A stretch of 64,000 nucleotides of DNA from an uncultured Gammaproteobacteria bacterium (GCA_964406935.1 CAYOTM010000001.1:11092-75091); one strand, 5' to 3'. Counted from the first letter of the stretch, positions 37,374 through 49,799 are shown. Notes: generated by a model not told the origin, from the letters alone. Made by a program: numbers and translations.

Positions 37374-38696
37374 TCATAATGATGAGGTTTTTTTCTTTTC
37401 TAATAACTCCCCGCTGAGAATGAACTCTTTAACCTGAGTAATTTTTACTTCTACAAATTGGCCAATTAAGTTGGCTGATTTTTTAACTACTAGCGAATTA
37501 ATGATCACTGTTTTAAAACTAGAACTTTTTCCATAATATTGACCCTGTTTATTCTTAGCTTCAACTAGAATCTTAATCGTCTTCCCTAAATATCGCTGAT
37601 TATTTTTAAGGGCACTATTTCTCAAAATCGCCTCTAAAACCTGTTCGCGTCGTTTTTTTTCTAAACGATTAACATTATCCTTTAATTTCCAAGCGGCTGT
37701 TCCCGGACGAGGGCTGAATTGAGAAATATAAGCCATATCAAACTCTAATTCCTGAAAAATTTTTACTGTTTTTAAAAATTGAGACTTTGTTTCTCCGGGA
37801 AAACCAACAATCACATCAGTGGTGATAGCGATGCCTGGTTTAGCGCGACGAATTTTTTTAATTAAAGTTATAAAATCCTGGGCTGTATACTGACGATTCA
37901 TATTCGCTAAAACTTGATTATCTCCCGCCTGAAGCGCTAAGTGTAAATGATGACAAACCTTATCAGAATAGGCCATCACTTTAATTAAAGCCGGGCTCAA
38001 GTCTTTAGGATGACTAGAGCTAAAACGCAGCCAAAAATCTCCCGGAATCGCAATTAAATCTTGTAATAACTGAGGAAAATTTACTTGATCACTTTTATAG
38101 CTATTAACATTTTGAGCAATTAAATTAATTTCCCGATAACCCTGTTTAATTAATTTTTTAACCTCTTCAATAATCTCTTTAGCTGGACGATAAACTTCTG
38201 GACCACGAGCATAAGGCACCACACAATAAGCGCAAAAATTATTACAACCATTGCCAATCGGCACAAAAGCGCTAAAACTATTATTATGCTTGGGTTTAAT
38301 TTTTAAATATTTTTCTCCCTTAAGACGACTCTTAAGTTGTTGGTCAATATTAATAGCGGCTAGCTTAGTAGTTAATAAATTAAACAGATTAGGTAATTGG
38401 CTAATTGGTAAAAATAAAGTTACACGACCAGCTAAGCGACGCTGTACATCTAATCGATTAGCTAAGCAACCAGTAATAATTAAACGACCATTTTTATTTT
38501 TCTTTCTAATTTGATTAACCAAACCATACACCCGATCCTCAGCTGACTGCCGAATACCACAAGTGGTTAAAATCACCAAATCCGCTCGCTGATATTCCTG
38601 ACTAACAGTATATCCCCGAGCTTCTAAAAAAGCGGCTACCCGCTCACTATCAGCCTTATTCATTTGACAACCGATAGTAATAATATGATAAGTCAT
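37374..38696 (-). CDS. miaB: tRNA-2-methylthio-N6-dimethylallyladenosine synthase
   Basis: MTTase N-domain (TIGCQMNKADSE), radical SAM CNNFCAYCVVPYARG, TRAM domain; sits upstream of miaA. Confidence 0.85.
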   Translation of the reverse strand: MTYHIITIGCQMNKADSERVAAFLEARGYTVSQEYQRADLVILTTCGIRQSAEDRVYGLVNQIRKKNKNGRLIITGCLANRLDVQRRLAGRVTLFLPISQLPNLFNLLTTKLAAINIDQQLKSRLKGEKYLKIKPKHNNSFSAFVPIGNGCNNFCAYCVVPYARGPEVYRPAKEIIEEVKKLIKQGYREINLIAQNVNSYKSDQVNFPQLLQDLIAIPGDFWLRFSSSHPKDLSPALIKVMAYSDKVCHHLHLALQAGDNQVLANMNRQYTAQDFITLIKKIRRAKPGIAITTDVIVGFPGETKSQFLKTVKIFQELEFDMAYISQFSPRPGTAAWKLKDNVNRLEKKRREQVLEAILRNSALKNNQRYLGKTIKILVEAKNKQGQYYGKSSSFKTVIINSLVVKKSANLIGQFVEVKITQVKEFILSGELLEKKKTSSL

Positions 38697-38702
38697 AAAA
38701 TA

Positions 38703-40487
38703 TTAATTAAGGTCTTCGTTTGGCTCAACGGTGACAGGAATCAAGCGATAAAGACCGAAGCGTCCCTGACGTAATATTAACTCAATATTAAAGCCGGCCG
38801 TTGGTAAACGTCGTTCATTTAAATAATTAAGATCAGTCTCAGGAAAAGCAAAATTATAATAATAAACCGGATAATTATGCATAATCTTCCCTAGAGATTG
38901 ATTGGTCGTTTCATGATTTAAAAGGGCCACCACTACTCGTCTTTCCGGAAATAATTGTTTATCATGATATTGAGTAACAATAATTGACCCGTCTTCGGTG
39001 GCTGCTAAAACTCGCTGAATATTATCTTTGTCCTGAAAATGATTATAATAAAGATGAGCTAAACCTTCCTCTGAACCAAAAAAGACAAACAATAAAGAAT
39101 TAAAAACTAAGGCCATGACCACTAATAATTGGAGGCCATTGCTTAAAAAAATTCTCGCTCGATCATAACGACCCAGTAAACTGGGGCGACCGAAACTACC
39201 CGATAACAAGCGAGATAAACTGAAAATTGCTAAAGAAGCCAGCGGAATCGCTAATAAATAAATGGGCAACCAATAACGAGTATAGGAATTGCCAATTGTA
39301 TAACGACTAGGGTCAGGATTATCAAAAAATTGCCAACTACCATAATAAATAACTAAAATACAGGCCAAGGTGAACCAGCTGAGCAAATAAACCAAGCGCC
39401 AACGGCTTACCTTGCGCCACCAACCAATTAAAAAGGTAATTATGCCTAGAGCAGTGGCTAAGGATAAATAAGGAAACATTACTAAAAAATAATAATAAAA
39501 CATTTTTAGCGACTGGATTGGTTGATAGCCAAAATAAAAAATATTATCCCGTAAAACTGTCCAAAATTGATCTAATTTTTCAAATTTGCCAAATAAGGCG
39601 GAGCTGACAAAAGTGCTCCCTGCTTGAGAAATTTGCTGTAAAGAAGTGTTCATTTCTGAGTAACCACCAAACAGAGGAAAATCATAAAGTAATTGATTAA
39701 AATAAGCAACTGGTAAAAAAGCGAACCCGGCACCAGCTAAAATTAAAAAAATTCTTAAACCCAGGCGACGAGCATAAAATAACCAAGCGAGAAAAAGAGT
39801 TGGTCCTAGCCAAATAATTTCTGAGGTGCGCGTAGCCACCGCTCCACCCAAAGCTAAACCAGCTAAAAATGGCCATAAAAATCCCAACCAAGTATTCGCC
39901 CTCAACCTAAGTTTAAAGAATTTTTCTTTTAGGGAATATTTAGATTGTAAACTTAATTGCAAAAAATAAGCGACGATAATTAAAAAAACAAGGAATAAAA
40001 CATTATGAAATAAACTGCGAACACTATAATAAATATAAACCGGAAAAGAAGCTAAGAGGGCGGCACTAATAACACCAATTCGTTGATTAAATAAATTTCT
40101 TACAAATAAATAAAAAAAGATAATACCGAGAGCGGCTAAGAATGGGGTAAAATAAGGAATGGCTGCTGTTCCCAGCCAACTAGCTAACTCTCCATAAAAA
40201 ACAATAATTCCTAAAAAACTAACTGGTTTCAGCCAACCATGATCACTGCGCATACTCCGGGGACGAACTACTTCTTCGGCAATCAAATTAGCCGGCTCAA
40301 AAACTGCTAGCGTTTGATTACTAGTATAATTTTTAATAAAAAAATAATTAGCCGTCTCATCAGGTGACGACCACTTAACATAATCTTCTTGATGGACCAA
40401 ATAATTAAAGCCAGCCGTAACAATAAAAAATAGACAAGCAATTAGAATAACCGTAATAATTGGCCAATTTTTCTTAAAAAATTGCAT
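38703..40487 (-). CDS. polytopic membrane protein, possible GT-C-fold (ArnT/PMT-like) glycosyltransferase
   Basis: 594 aa with about 12 TM helices and an extracytoplasmic C-terminal domain. No definitive motif. Confidence 0.4.
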   Translation of the reverse strand: MQFFKKNWPIITVILIACLFFIVTAGFNYLVHQEDYVKWSSPDETANYFFIKNYTSNQTLAVFEPANLIAEEVVRPRSMRSDHGWLKPVSFLGIIVFYGELASWLGTAAIPYFTPFLAALGIIFFYLFVRNLFNQRIGVISAALLASFPVYIYYSVRSLFHNVLFLVFLIIVAYFLQLSLQSKYSLKEKFFKLRLRANTWLGFLWPFLAGLALGGAVATRTSEIIWLGPTLFLAWLFYARRLGLRIFLILAGAGFAFLPVAYFNQLLYDFPLFGGYSEMNTSLQQISQAGSTFVSSALFGKFEKLDQFWTVLRDNIFYFGYQPIQSLKMFYYYFLVMFPYLSLATALGIITFLIGWWRKVSRWRLVYLLSWFTLACILVIYYGSWQFFDNPDPSRYTIGNSYTRYWLPIYLLAIPLASLAIFSLSRLLSGSFGRPSLLGRYDRARIFLSNGLQLLVVMALVFNSLLFVFFGSEEGLAHLYYNHFQDKDNIQRVLAATEDGSIIVTQYHDKQLFPERRVVVALLNHETTNQSLGKIMHNYPVYYYNFAFPETDLNYLNERRLPTAGFNIELILRQGRFGLYRLIPVTVEPNEDLN

Positions 40488-40572
40488 ATTTTAGATAAAA
40501 AAACAACAAATACCTGTCTTTATCTTAGCTAAAATTACCCATTTCGGCAAGAATTAGATATAATAAAATAGT

Positions 40573-42507
40573 ATGCTTAGATTAACAAAAAAAATTCAAT
40601 CTGACCAGCTGTGGCTATTTTTATGCTGGTTTATTATTAGCGCTAGTTTAATTTATTTTTTTGATCGCCTAAATACGATTAATTTAATTTTAGCTCTGAT
40701 TATTAGTGGGGCTGGTTTAAAATTATTAAATCATTATCAACAAAAACCAACCATTCAGGAACAGGAAATACTTCCCCAGCAAGAAGTCTTGTCCGCTAAC
40801 TATCCCCATATAATTAAGAATATTTTTTTATTAATTTCTCTTAGTGCTTTAGTCGTCGCGATAATAATTTTAAATCAAGCAGCCAGTCAAGAAGCCTTAA
40901 TTTCTCCTTGGGAAGTAATCCCCAACACCTTTTTTTATTATTTTATTATCAGCGCCTGGTCGCTCCTAATTTGGTTATCTCAAAAAGAGACATCAACTAA
41001 ACTGGCAAGGGTTATGATTAGTCTTTTTTATTTTTTATGCTTAGGAGTTGCCCTAGTTATTTATCAAATCGGCTACGGCTTTGACCCATTTATTCATCAA
41101 GCCGCCAGCCAACACATTGCTGACTGGGGTTTTATTACTCCTAAAAATCCCTACTATATTGGTCAGTACAGCTTAATCTTATTAATAAATAAATTATTTG
41201 GCGGATCAATCGCTATCTTAAATAAATTTTTAGTGCCGGGGCTAGCTGCTATTATTTTACCTTGGATTACTCGCAAATGGTTGTTAAGTAATGCTAATGA
41301 CATAATATCTTCAAAGGCCATTCCCCTAACTATAATTTTAAGTTTAATCATTGGTTTTAGCCCCTTTATTGTCACCACTCCCCAAAATTTAGCCTATTTA
41401 TTTTTATTGGTAACGATTATTTTTGGTCTAAATGAGAGAACTTTAAAACTTAGTTTACTATCGGGTCTAGCAACTTTATTTATTCATCCCCTAGCTGGTA
41501 TTCCGGCTATTTTATTTATTATTTTAATACTAGGCAAAAAATATCTAAAAACTAAAAGGTTGTTGAGTGTTTGGTGGCCCTATTTAGTAGCTATTTTAAG
41601 TATTCCAATAATTCCCTTGGTTTTAAGTTGGGGGAGCGGCGCCCGCTGGCAATTTAATTTTAATGCTTGGCAAATAGTCGGTTTAAATTTTCAAAATCAA
41701 GAAAACTGGTTATTAAATATTTTATATTTCTGGGAAAAAAATTATTGGTATTTATTAATTATTCTGATTATTTTAGCTATTAGATTAATTTATCGAAAAA
41801 CAATTTGGCGCCAAGTAAAGGATTCTCTATTAATGGCGGCAGCAATGCTAGGAACAATGTTAATTAGTAAATTATTAGTTTTTAAAGATTTAATTTTCTA
41901 TGAACAAGGTGATTATACTAGCCGCCTACTAATCATTGCCCTAATTTTCACTTGGCCAGCCCTTAGTTTATTATTTTTAGAGGTGGCCAAAAAAATTCGC
42001 CAACAAGAAATGATTATTAAACTATTAATTTTACTAGCCACTAGTTTATTGCTGGCAACTAGTCTATATTTATCCTATCCTCGCCTGGATAATTATCACA
42101 ATTCTCGTGGCTATTCCTTAAGCGCTAGTGATTTAATAGCTGTTCAAACAATTGCTGACTTAACCAATAATGATTATATTGTGCTCGCCAATCAACAAGT
42201 ATCAGTCGCCGCCTTAAGCAAATTTGGTTTTAATAATTATTTTTCTAACCCCCAGGGAGAAATCTATTTTTATTCTATTCCCACTGGCGGTCCTTTATAT
42301 CAATATTATTTACGAATGGTTTATGAGGAAGCTAGTCGCAAAACCATGCTCCAAGCAATGGATTTAGTAGGGGTAGATGAAGCTTTCTTGGTAATTAATA
42401 AATATTGGTGGGCCAGTGATAAAATAATTAATGAGGCGAAAATTAGTAGTCACCGCTGGTGGAGTATTAATCAGGGAGATATTATAATATTTCAATATTT
42501 AAGATAA
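40573..42507 (+). CDS. large polytopic membrane protein, unknown function
   Basis: 644 aa with 14 or more TM helices and a C-terminal soluble domain; divergent from the 38703 gene. Confidence 0.4.
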   Translation: MLRLTKKIQSDQLWLFLCWFIISASLIYFFDRLNTINLILALIISGAGLKLLNHYQQKPTIQEQEILPQQEVLSANYPHIIKNIFLLISLSALVVAIIILNQAASQEALISPWEVIPNTFFYYFIISAWSLLIWLSQKETSTKLARVMISLFYFLCLGVALVIYQIGYGFDPFIHQAASQHIADWGFITPKNPYYIGQYSLILLINKLFGGSIAILNKFLVPGLAAIILPWITRKWLLSNANDIISSKAIPLTIILSLIIGFSPFIVTTPQNLAYLFLLVTIIFGLNERTLKLSLLSGLATLFIHPLAGIPAILFIILILGKKYLKTKRLLSVWWPYLVAILSIPIIPLVLSWGSGARWQFNFNAWQIVGLNFQNQENWLLNILYFWEKNYWYLLIILIILAIRLIYRKTIWRQVKDSLLMAAAMLGTMLISKLLVFKDLIFYEQGDYTSRLLIIALIFTWPALSLLFLEVAKKIRQQEMIIKLLILLATSLLLATSLYLSYPRLDNYHNSRGYSLSASDLIAVQTIADLTNNDYIVLANQQVSVAALSKFGFNNYFSNPQGEIYFYSIPTGGPLYQYYLRMVYEEASRKTMLQAMDLVGVDEAFLVINKYWWASDKIINEAKISSHRWWSINQGDIIIFQYLR

Positions 42508-42569
42508 CTATCTCTAAGCGACTATGTTCTAATAAGTACTGTTGCTGCAACAACCATCTCGATAAATAA

Positions 42570-42605
42570 CAAAAATTCGGAAACAATTTTTTCCGAATTT
42601 TTTTA
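42570..42605. terminator. bidirectional terminator
   Basis: AAAATTCGGAAA-caatt-TTTCCGAATTTTTTT. Confidence 0.65.
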
Positions 42606-42632
42606 AATATTTAAATTATTGTAGTAAGCAGT

Positions 42633-44984
42633 CTATTGTTTTTCGTTAAGATAAAATATGGGACTCAAAACAATAATTGGTTTGTTTTTAGTAGGATACA
42701 GTAAGATTAAAAATTTTAATTCACTTAGATCTTGAGTTAAGCTACCCCGATAATAACCAGAACTAACTAAGCGTTTACTTTCTAGTTTGTCAATTCGATA
42801 TAATTTAACAAAGTTACTTAAAATTAAACGGTCTTCTTCGGTTAGTTCCTCTTGATTAGCAGTTTTAGTAGCCAAAGAAGATAAAAATGCTAAATTATTA
42901 GCGGCTGAATATAGTCGGGAATTAATAAAACCTGATTTACTCTCTACTCCCAAAGCAGTTAACATGTTAGACAACATTCGAATATTGGCTAGCAAATCAT
43001 TAATTAAATTAATCGCTGGCTCTATATAAATATGCTCCGGGACATCAGCCGTATTTAAAGATAGGCTGCCATTAATCACATTAGATTCGCGGTAAGAAAA
43101 TTGATCCATTGGTAATTGAGAATCAATCAACGCCGCCCGAGCAGAATCTAAAGACTGAGCCTGCCAAGCGGATTTTTGTCCAAAACTAGTCACCGCTGGA
43201 TTAAAATTAATTAAGTGTCGATTTAAAGAACCAAGTAGAGCCCAGTAAGCATTGTGTCTCTGCTCTAAGGCTCGATTAGCTTCGCCTCGTAAAGAATTAA
43301 TCTGATCTGAATAGTTTTGATAAGCAGTATTTTCTTGCCAGTAATCACTAGCCGACCCTATGCCAAAAAAGGAAAATGGGTCGCCAGAAAAACTAAGACA
43401 ACGCTGCAAGGATTTATCTAAACGACAGGCAGTCACGTTATTATCGCTTGGTAAATCATTTAAATAAAGACTAACCTTAGGATAAGTTAATTGCTGATTA
43501 ATATAATCTAAGGGGCCAAAAGATTCAGCTAGTAAACGAAAACCAATTTTAGGTTGTTGATCAGTTATTTCAGGATCAAGTCCACCTTGCAAGGGGTCAA
43601 AACGATGCCCCAGTAAAGAGGTCCTTAATTTTTCTAAATTATTTTCTGCCTGAGGATTGCCGTCTCCTAGGGCGGTCGCAATCGTCGCTCCCTCAAATAA
43701 CTGAGAAAAATCTCGTTGATAATGAAGATAAGTTAAATTATCGCGCAGTCCTTGAAAAAAATAAATTAATTTATAAATTCTTGCCCATTCTGCCTTCAAC
43801 CAAATATTATTAGAAATTTCTTGAGTAATAATCATTGAAGCAGTTAAATTGATTCGCCAATCATATTTATCAAGCAAACAATCAGGACAGGATTCCTGGC
43901 GATAATTTAAGGGGAACAAAGAATTAAACCAACGAGCTGCTAAATAAAAATTATTTTGTCGAACATTTTGACGATAATCCAAAGGAACAGCAAATTCCCG
44001 ATAATCACGATCGTAAAACAAAACTGGCGATTTATCTACTCGAGAGGCTGCTCTAATTAACTCTACCTCACGACTAACATCATCTAATAAATAGCTGGGT
44101 AAATTAAATTGAAAAGTCTGCAAATCACTTAAATTAAACTTATTTTCATCGGGATTTTTAACACTTTCAATTTGATTACTTTGCGGTTTTAAGAGTTCTA
44201 AGGCAACTGCAAAATAAGCTAAAGCTAAACGCTCTGATTCTAAAATAGGGTCATTAATATTGCCAATTTCAGCTAAATGAGTTTCGTATTGGTGTCGCAA
44301 AGAATTATATAAAGTTAAGCTGATTCTCCATAAACTATCATAAAAAAAACTAGCTTCAATATCTTGATAAGCTTGCTTTAAATTTAAATTATAATAATAG
44401 ATGATAAAGTCACTAGAAATAAACAGAGGGATATCACGACTTTCTAATTTTTGAAGAGCGCTATAAAAATCTTTAACCTCTGACTCCCAAGGATTATCCA
44501 GGGTAGCGAATCCTTGATTATCTAAATCATTAATAATTGGGTCTAAATTAATTTTTCTCGCTAAATCATAATAATTAATTGTATCGGTTTTAATATTAGT
44601 TGGTAAAGAATACTGACCAATAAATAAATCATTAACCTCCTCATAGGGATGATAAAAATCTTGAAAAACTAAATACTCAACCTCTTCATCGGTGGCCAAG
44701 TCTGGTCGATAAGTAATAATGTCCTCAGCTGTGACTAATCCGGTAAATTCTGGTTTTTCTGGCTCCTCATTCACCTCTTCTTGAGTAGTCTCAATTATAA
44801 GGGGGTCAGAGGGGGGTTGTTTAAATAAATTAGGTCTGATAATTAATATCCCAATAATTAACAAAATAAAAACAGTAACTCCAATCATAATAAATGGTAA
44901 ATAATTACGACTTGAGGATTTTTCGGATAATTGACCATCGGTGGCCTTGTCTGTTTGATTTTTATTGAAAAAATTATCAAACAT
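42633..44984 (-). CDS. membrane-anchored large extracytoplasmic protein, unknown function
   Basis: 783 aa: N-terminal basic segment, one TM helix (IMIGVTVFILLIIGILII), then an ~720-aa soluble domain. Confidence 0.4.
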   Translation of the reverse strand: MFDNFFNKNQTDKATDGQLSEKSSSRNYLPFIMIGVTVFILLIIGILIIRPNLFKQPPSDPLIIETTQEEVNEEPEKPEFTGLVTAEDIITYRPDLATDEEVEYLVFQDFYHPYEEVNDLFIGQYSLPTNIKTDTINYYDLARKINLDPIINDLDNQGFATLDNPWESEVKDFYSALQKLESRDIPLFISSDFIIYYYNLNLKQAYQDIEASFFYDSLWRISLTLYNSLRHQYETHLAEIGNINDPILESERLALAYFAVALELLKPQSNQIESVKNPDENKFNLSDLQTFQFNLPSYLLDDVSREVELIRAASRVDKSPVLFYDRDYREFAVPLDYRQNVRQNNFYLAARWFNSLFPLNYRQESCPDCLLDKYDWRINLTASMIITQEISNNIWLKAEWARIYKLIYFFQGLRDNLTYLHYQRDFSQLFEGATIATALGDGNPQAENNLEKLRTSLLGHRFDPLQGGLDPEITDQQPKIGFRLLAESFGPLDYINQQLTYPKVSLYLNDLPSDNNVTACRLDKSLQRCLSFSGDPFSFFGIGSASDYWQENTAYQNYSDQINSLRGEANRALEQRHNAYWALLGSLNRHLINFNPAVTSFGQKSAWQAQSLDSARAALIDSQLPMDQFSYRESNVINGSLSLNTADVPEHIYIEPAINLINDLLANIRMLSNMLTALGVESKSGFINSRLYSAANNLAFLSSLATKTANQEELTEEDRLILSNFVKLYRIDKLESKRLVSSGYYRGSLTQDLSELKFLILLYPTKNKPIIVLSPIFYLNEKQ

Positions 44985-44995
44985 AAATTTAAAAA

Positions 44996-45973
44996 TTATT
45001 TTAAATATTTAGCTTTATTTTGCAAATGCTCATTATAAGTAACTGCATAAACGATATCTTTGGTACCCGTCGGAGTTAAAAAATAATTATAATTATTTTT
45101 AGTAGGATAAATAGCCGCCTCAATTGCTAAAATCCCGGGGCTAGCAATTGGCCCAGGCGGCAATCCAAGGTTAATATAAGTGTTATAAGGAGACTCAACT
45201 CGAGTATCCTCAAAAGAATATTGGGGCTTATTTACCCCTAAAATATAGGCTAAGGTGGCACAGGACTCAAGAGCTTGACGATTATTAATACGGCGCCAAA
45301 AAATATCAGCAATTACTTTGGCTTCCTGATTGTTGCCAGTAGTATAGTTAATCGGTGCTTCTTTTTCTAGTAAAGAAGCCATTGTTAAAACTTGATAAAT
45401 AGTTTCACCTTGTTCTTCAATTTCTTGTCGCATCTCAATAGTTAATTTACGATCAAAATTTTCTAACATTTTCATAATTACTTCTTGAGGGCTAGCATCA
45501 GCAAAAATCCGATAAGTATCCGGATATAAATAACCCTCTAAATCAACCGTTGTTGGTTTATCGGCTAAAAATTCAAAACGTTCAAGTAAATTAATCGTTT
45601 CTGAATCGTTATTATCAGCAACTTCTTCATTTGTTGTTTCAGATATTGAGGTGTTATTAGCTTTAGGAACAAGAAAGGATTCTGGCTTAGTAGCAGCTAA
45701 AAATTCTTCTTCTGGCCATAAACCTTCAGCCGCAAAATAACGAGCCATATCTTTTAAATTCCAGCCCTCAATTATACGAATAGTAATTTCCTCTCTAACA
45801 AGCGGAGCTGGGGGCGGATTGTCTTTGCCAAGTAGACGTTTAACGCAAACCTTAAAAGATGAATAGTTGCTATCAGCCCGTGATTGACAGGTGAACCTAT
45901 CTTTAAAAGCCCAGCCAAGTAATACCACAACGACTAGGGCAATAATAATTTTTTTAGAAGATAATATGTTCAT
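44996..45973 (-). CDS. mltG: endolytic murein transglycosylase MltG (YceG family)
   Basis: N-terminal TM anchor; ...ESPYNTYINLGLPPGPIASPG... characteristic of YceG/MltG. Confidence 0.8.
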   Translation of the reverse strand: MNILSSKKIIIALVVVVLLGWAFKDRFTCQSRADSNYSSFKVCVKRLLGKDNPPPAPLVREEITIRIIEGWNLKDMARYFAAEGLWPEEEFLAATKPESFLVPKANNTSISETTNEEVADNNDSETINLLERFEFLADKPTTVDLEGYLYPDTYRIFADASPQEVIMKMLENFDRKLTIEMRQEIEEQGETIYQVLTMASLLEKEAPINYTTGNNQEAKVIADIFWRRINNRQALESCATLAYILGVNKPQYSFEDTRVESPYNTYINLGLPPGPIASPGILAIEAAIYPTKNNYNYFLTPTGTKDIVYAVTYNEHLQNKAKYLK

Positions 45974-45977
45974 GAAT

Positions 45978-46448
45978 TTATTTTTTATTTTTTTTAGCCC
46001 TCATCTCAGCTGCCTTAGCAATCATTGCGGAGCTAGCCCGAATTTTTTTACCTAAACCGTCAACCATTTTAATCCCGTGTTTTTGACAAACAATATATTC
46101 AGGGACATCATTAAGACTTTTGCGGTCACCGCCATTAGCAAAAATGTCTGGCTTAACTTTTGCTAAAGATTTACCAACACTGGGATCACGATCAATTGAA
46201 ATAAAAACTTCATCAACATCTCGCAAGGCAGCTACGATTTTTGCTCGATCCTGAAGAGTCATAAAAGGAACGCTCCCTTTTAGTTTCACTTGATAATCAT
46301 TATTAATAATCGCAATTAAATAATCTCCTAATTTTTTTGCCTTACTAATCATTTCTAAGTGGCCAACATGTAAGGGGTTAAAATAACCAGAGACAACCAC
46401 TCTGGTAAGCTTCTTTTTTGATTTGACTAATTTCTTACTTTTTACCAT
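45978..46448 (-). CDS. cytidylyltransferase-like nucleotidyltransferase (TagD/RfaE-domain-II-like)
   Basis: GYFNPLHVGH (the H-x-G-H motif) and ISIDRDPSV; 156 aa. Confidence 0.6.
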   Translation of the reverse strand: MVKSKKLVKSKKKLTRVVVSGYFNPLHVGHLEMISKAKKLGDYLIAIINNDYQVKLKGSVPFMTLQDRAKIVAALRDVDEVFISIDRDPSVGKSLAKVKPDIFANGGDRKSLNDVPEYIVCQKHGIKMVDGLGKKIRASSAMIAKAAEMRAKKNKK

Positions 46449-46507
46449 AAAAAAAATAGTTATTTATAATACTTAATTATAGCAAAAATTATTAATAATT
46501 TGAAATA

Positions 46508-46541
46508 AAAAACGCCCCATAAAAAGGCGCCTTTTATTTTT
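46508..46541 (-). terminator. weak terminator candidate after groEL
   Basis: Short GC stem (CGCC/GGCG) within AAAAGGCGCCTTTT, followed by a U-run on the minus transcript. Confidence 0.35.
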
Positions 46542-46554
46542 TATAATTATTAAA

Positions 46555-48294
<1,740 letters not shown>

Positions 48295-48311
48295 TTATTA
48301 ATCTTATAAAT

Positions 48312-48614
48312 TTAATCTTCAATGATAGCGACAACATCGCTTTCACTTAAAACTAAGTATTCCTGATCATCGACTTTAATTTCATCAGGCGAATATTTTT
48401 TAAATACTATTTTGTCACCAACTTTTAGGGACATTTTTGACAATTGACCATTATCTAATAATTTACCAGGACCAACCGCAATTACTTCACCTTTTTCTGG
48501 TCTTTCCTTATCAACTGTATCTGGTAAAACAATCCCAGATTTAGTCATTTCTTCTTTACCCAATGTTTTGACAATGACATTGTTATGGAGAGGTTTTAAC
48601 TTCATAAAAAACAA
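48312..48614 (-). CDS. groS: co-chaperonin GroES
   Basis: LKPLHNNVIVK...GEVIAVGPGK; 100 aa. Confidence 0.9.
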   Translation of the reverse strand: MFFMKLKPLHNNVIVKTLGKEEMTKSGIVLPDTVDKERPEKGEVIAVGPGKLLDNGQLSKMSLKVGDKIVFKKYSPDEIKVDDQEYLVLSESDVVAIIED

Positions 48615-48698
48615 AAATCTCTTTAAAAAAGTGGTTTAAAAAACCCTATTTTTAAAGGATTTATTTAAAAATTATAATTTTAAATTGACAATTATAAA

Positions 48699-48725
48699 TT
48701 AGCAGTCAAGATAGTTGAGTGCTAA
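48699..48725. promoter_or_regulatory. CIRCE operator upstream of groES-groEL
   Basis: TTAGCAGTC-aagatagtt-GAGTGCTAA (1 mismatch), placed directly downstream of the -10. Confidence 0.7.
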
Positions 48726-48735
48726 TTATGTTATT

Positions 48736-48764
48736 ATTTTAAAGCTTAAAAGCTAGGCTGTCAA
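48736..48764 (-). promoter_or_regulatory. sigma70/sigmaA-type groESL promoter
   Basis: Minus strand: TTGACA (48764..48759), 17-bp spacer, TAAAAT (48741..48736), immediately followed by CIRCE. Confidence 0.45.
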
Positions 48765-48853
48765 GGGATAAAAACAAGCAAACAATAACTAAAATTTTAA
48801 TAAATTTTTGTCAAGGTAGAATAATTTATGAATTTATAGTAAAATAAAAAAAT

Positions 48854-49642
48854 ATGACTATTTGGCAAAGTATTATTTTAGGGATAGTAGAGGGAATTAC
48901 TGAGTTTCTCCCAGTTTCTTCTACTGCTCACCTCTTAATTAGTGCTGATTTATTAAAAATCCCTAGCTCTGATTTTTTAAAAAGTTTTACCATTTCTATT
49001 CAATTAGGGGCAATTTTGTCAGTGGCGATTTTATATTTAAAAACTATTTGGCGACATAAAAAATTAATCTTAAAAATCGCTGCTGCTTTTTTACCAACGG
49101 CTATAATTGGTCTAGCTGCCTATGGGATTATTCGTGGCATATTAATGGAAAATTTAGTAATTATTGCGAGCGCTCTAATAATTGGAGGGGTGTTCTTAAT
49201 TATTTTAGAAAATCGTTTTAAGAAAAAGTTTAGCGATAGCGATGATCAATTAAGTAAGCTAACTAATATTTCCTATAAACAAGCTGTATTGATTGGTGTC
49301 TGCCAATCTTTAGCCATTATTCCCGGAGTATCACGCTCAGCTGCCACCATTATGGGCGGTTTATCTCTCGGCTTAAATCGTCGTACTATTGTGGAGTTTT
49401 CTTTTATGTTGGCTCTACCAGTAATGTTAGCAGCGACCATTCTAGATTTTTATAAAACCCCAATAACATTAACTAATCAAGAATGGCTAGTTTGGGGAAT
49501 TGGTTTTATTATTTCTTTTATTGTTGCCGTTCTGAGTATTAAATTCCTTCTACACTTTATTAAAAATAATGATTTTAAAATTTTTGGCTGGTATCGTATA
49601 GTGATTGGAACAATTATTTTAGCAATTTATTATTTAGCCTAA
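48854..49642 (+). CDS. uppP: undecaprenyl-diphosphatase
   Basis: GIVEGITEFLPVSSTAHLLI, SRSAATI; 262 aa with 8 TM helices. Confidence 0.9.
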   Translation: MTIWQSIILGIVEGITEFLPVSSTAHLLISADLLKIPSSDFLKSFTISIQLGAILSVAILYLKTIWRHKKLILKIAAAFLPTAIIGLAAYGIIRGILMENLVIIASALIIGGVFLIILENRFKKKFSDSDDQLSKLTNISYKQAVLIGVCQSLAIIPGVSRSAATIMGGLSLGLNRRTIVEFSFMLALPVMLAATILDFYKTPITLTNQEWLVWGIGFIISFIVAVLSIKFLLHFIKNNDFKIFGWYRIVIGTIILAIYYLA

Positions 49643-49772
49643 CAATTATTTACGCTTCCAGCGACCCCAAAAGAGTCTTAACTTAATTGTTAGCTTTTGA
49701 AAAATTAATTTAATAGTCATCGACCGACTGCTCAAAATTAAACAACCGAGAAATCCATACTTGTGAAAAATC

Positions 49773-49799
49773 AAAAAGCCCTTTTTTAGGGCTTTTTTT
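49773..49799. terminator. bidirectional terminator (uppP / atpC convergent)
   Basis: AAAAAGCCC-tttttta-GGGCTTTTTTT. Confidence 0.7.

Noticed and set aside
46521-46534. Perfect palindrome AAAAGGCGCCTTTT downstream of groEL
   Set aside because: It is a palindrome without a loop and cannot form a hairpin by itself. At most it contributes to a weak 4-bp-stem terminator, so it is not called as a protein-binding site.
48684-48689. Plus-strand TTGACA just upstream of the groES CIRCE
   Set aside because: groES is on the minus strand. A properly spaced minus-strand TTGACA-17-TAAAAT promoter (48764..48736) explains expression, so the plus-strand hexamer is incidental.
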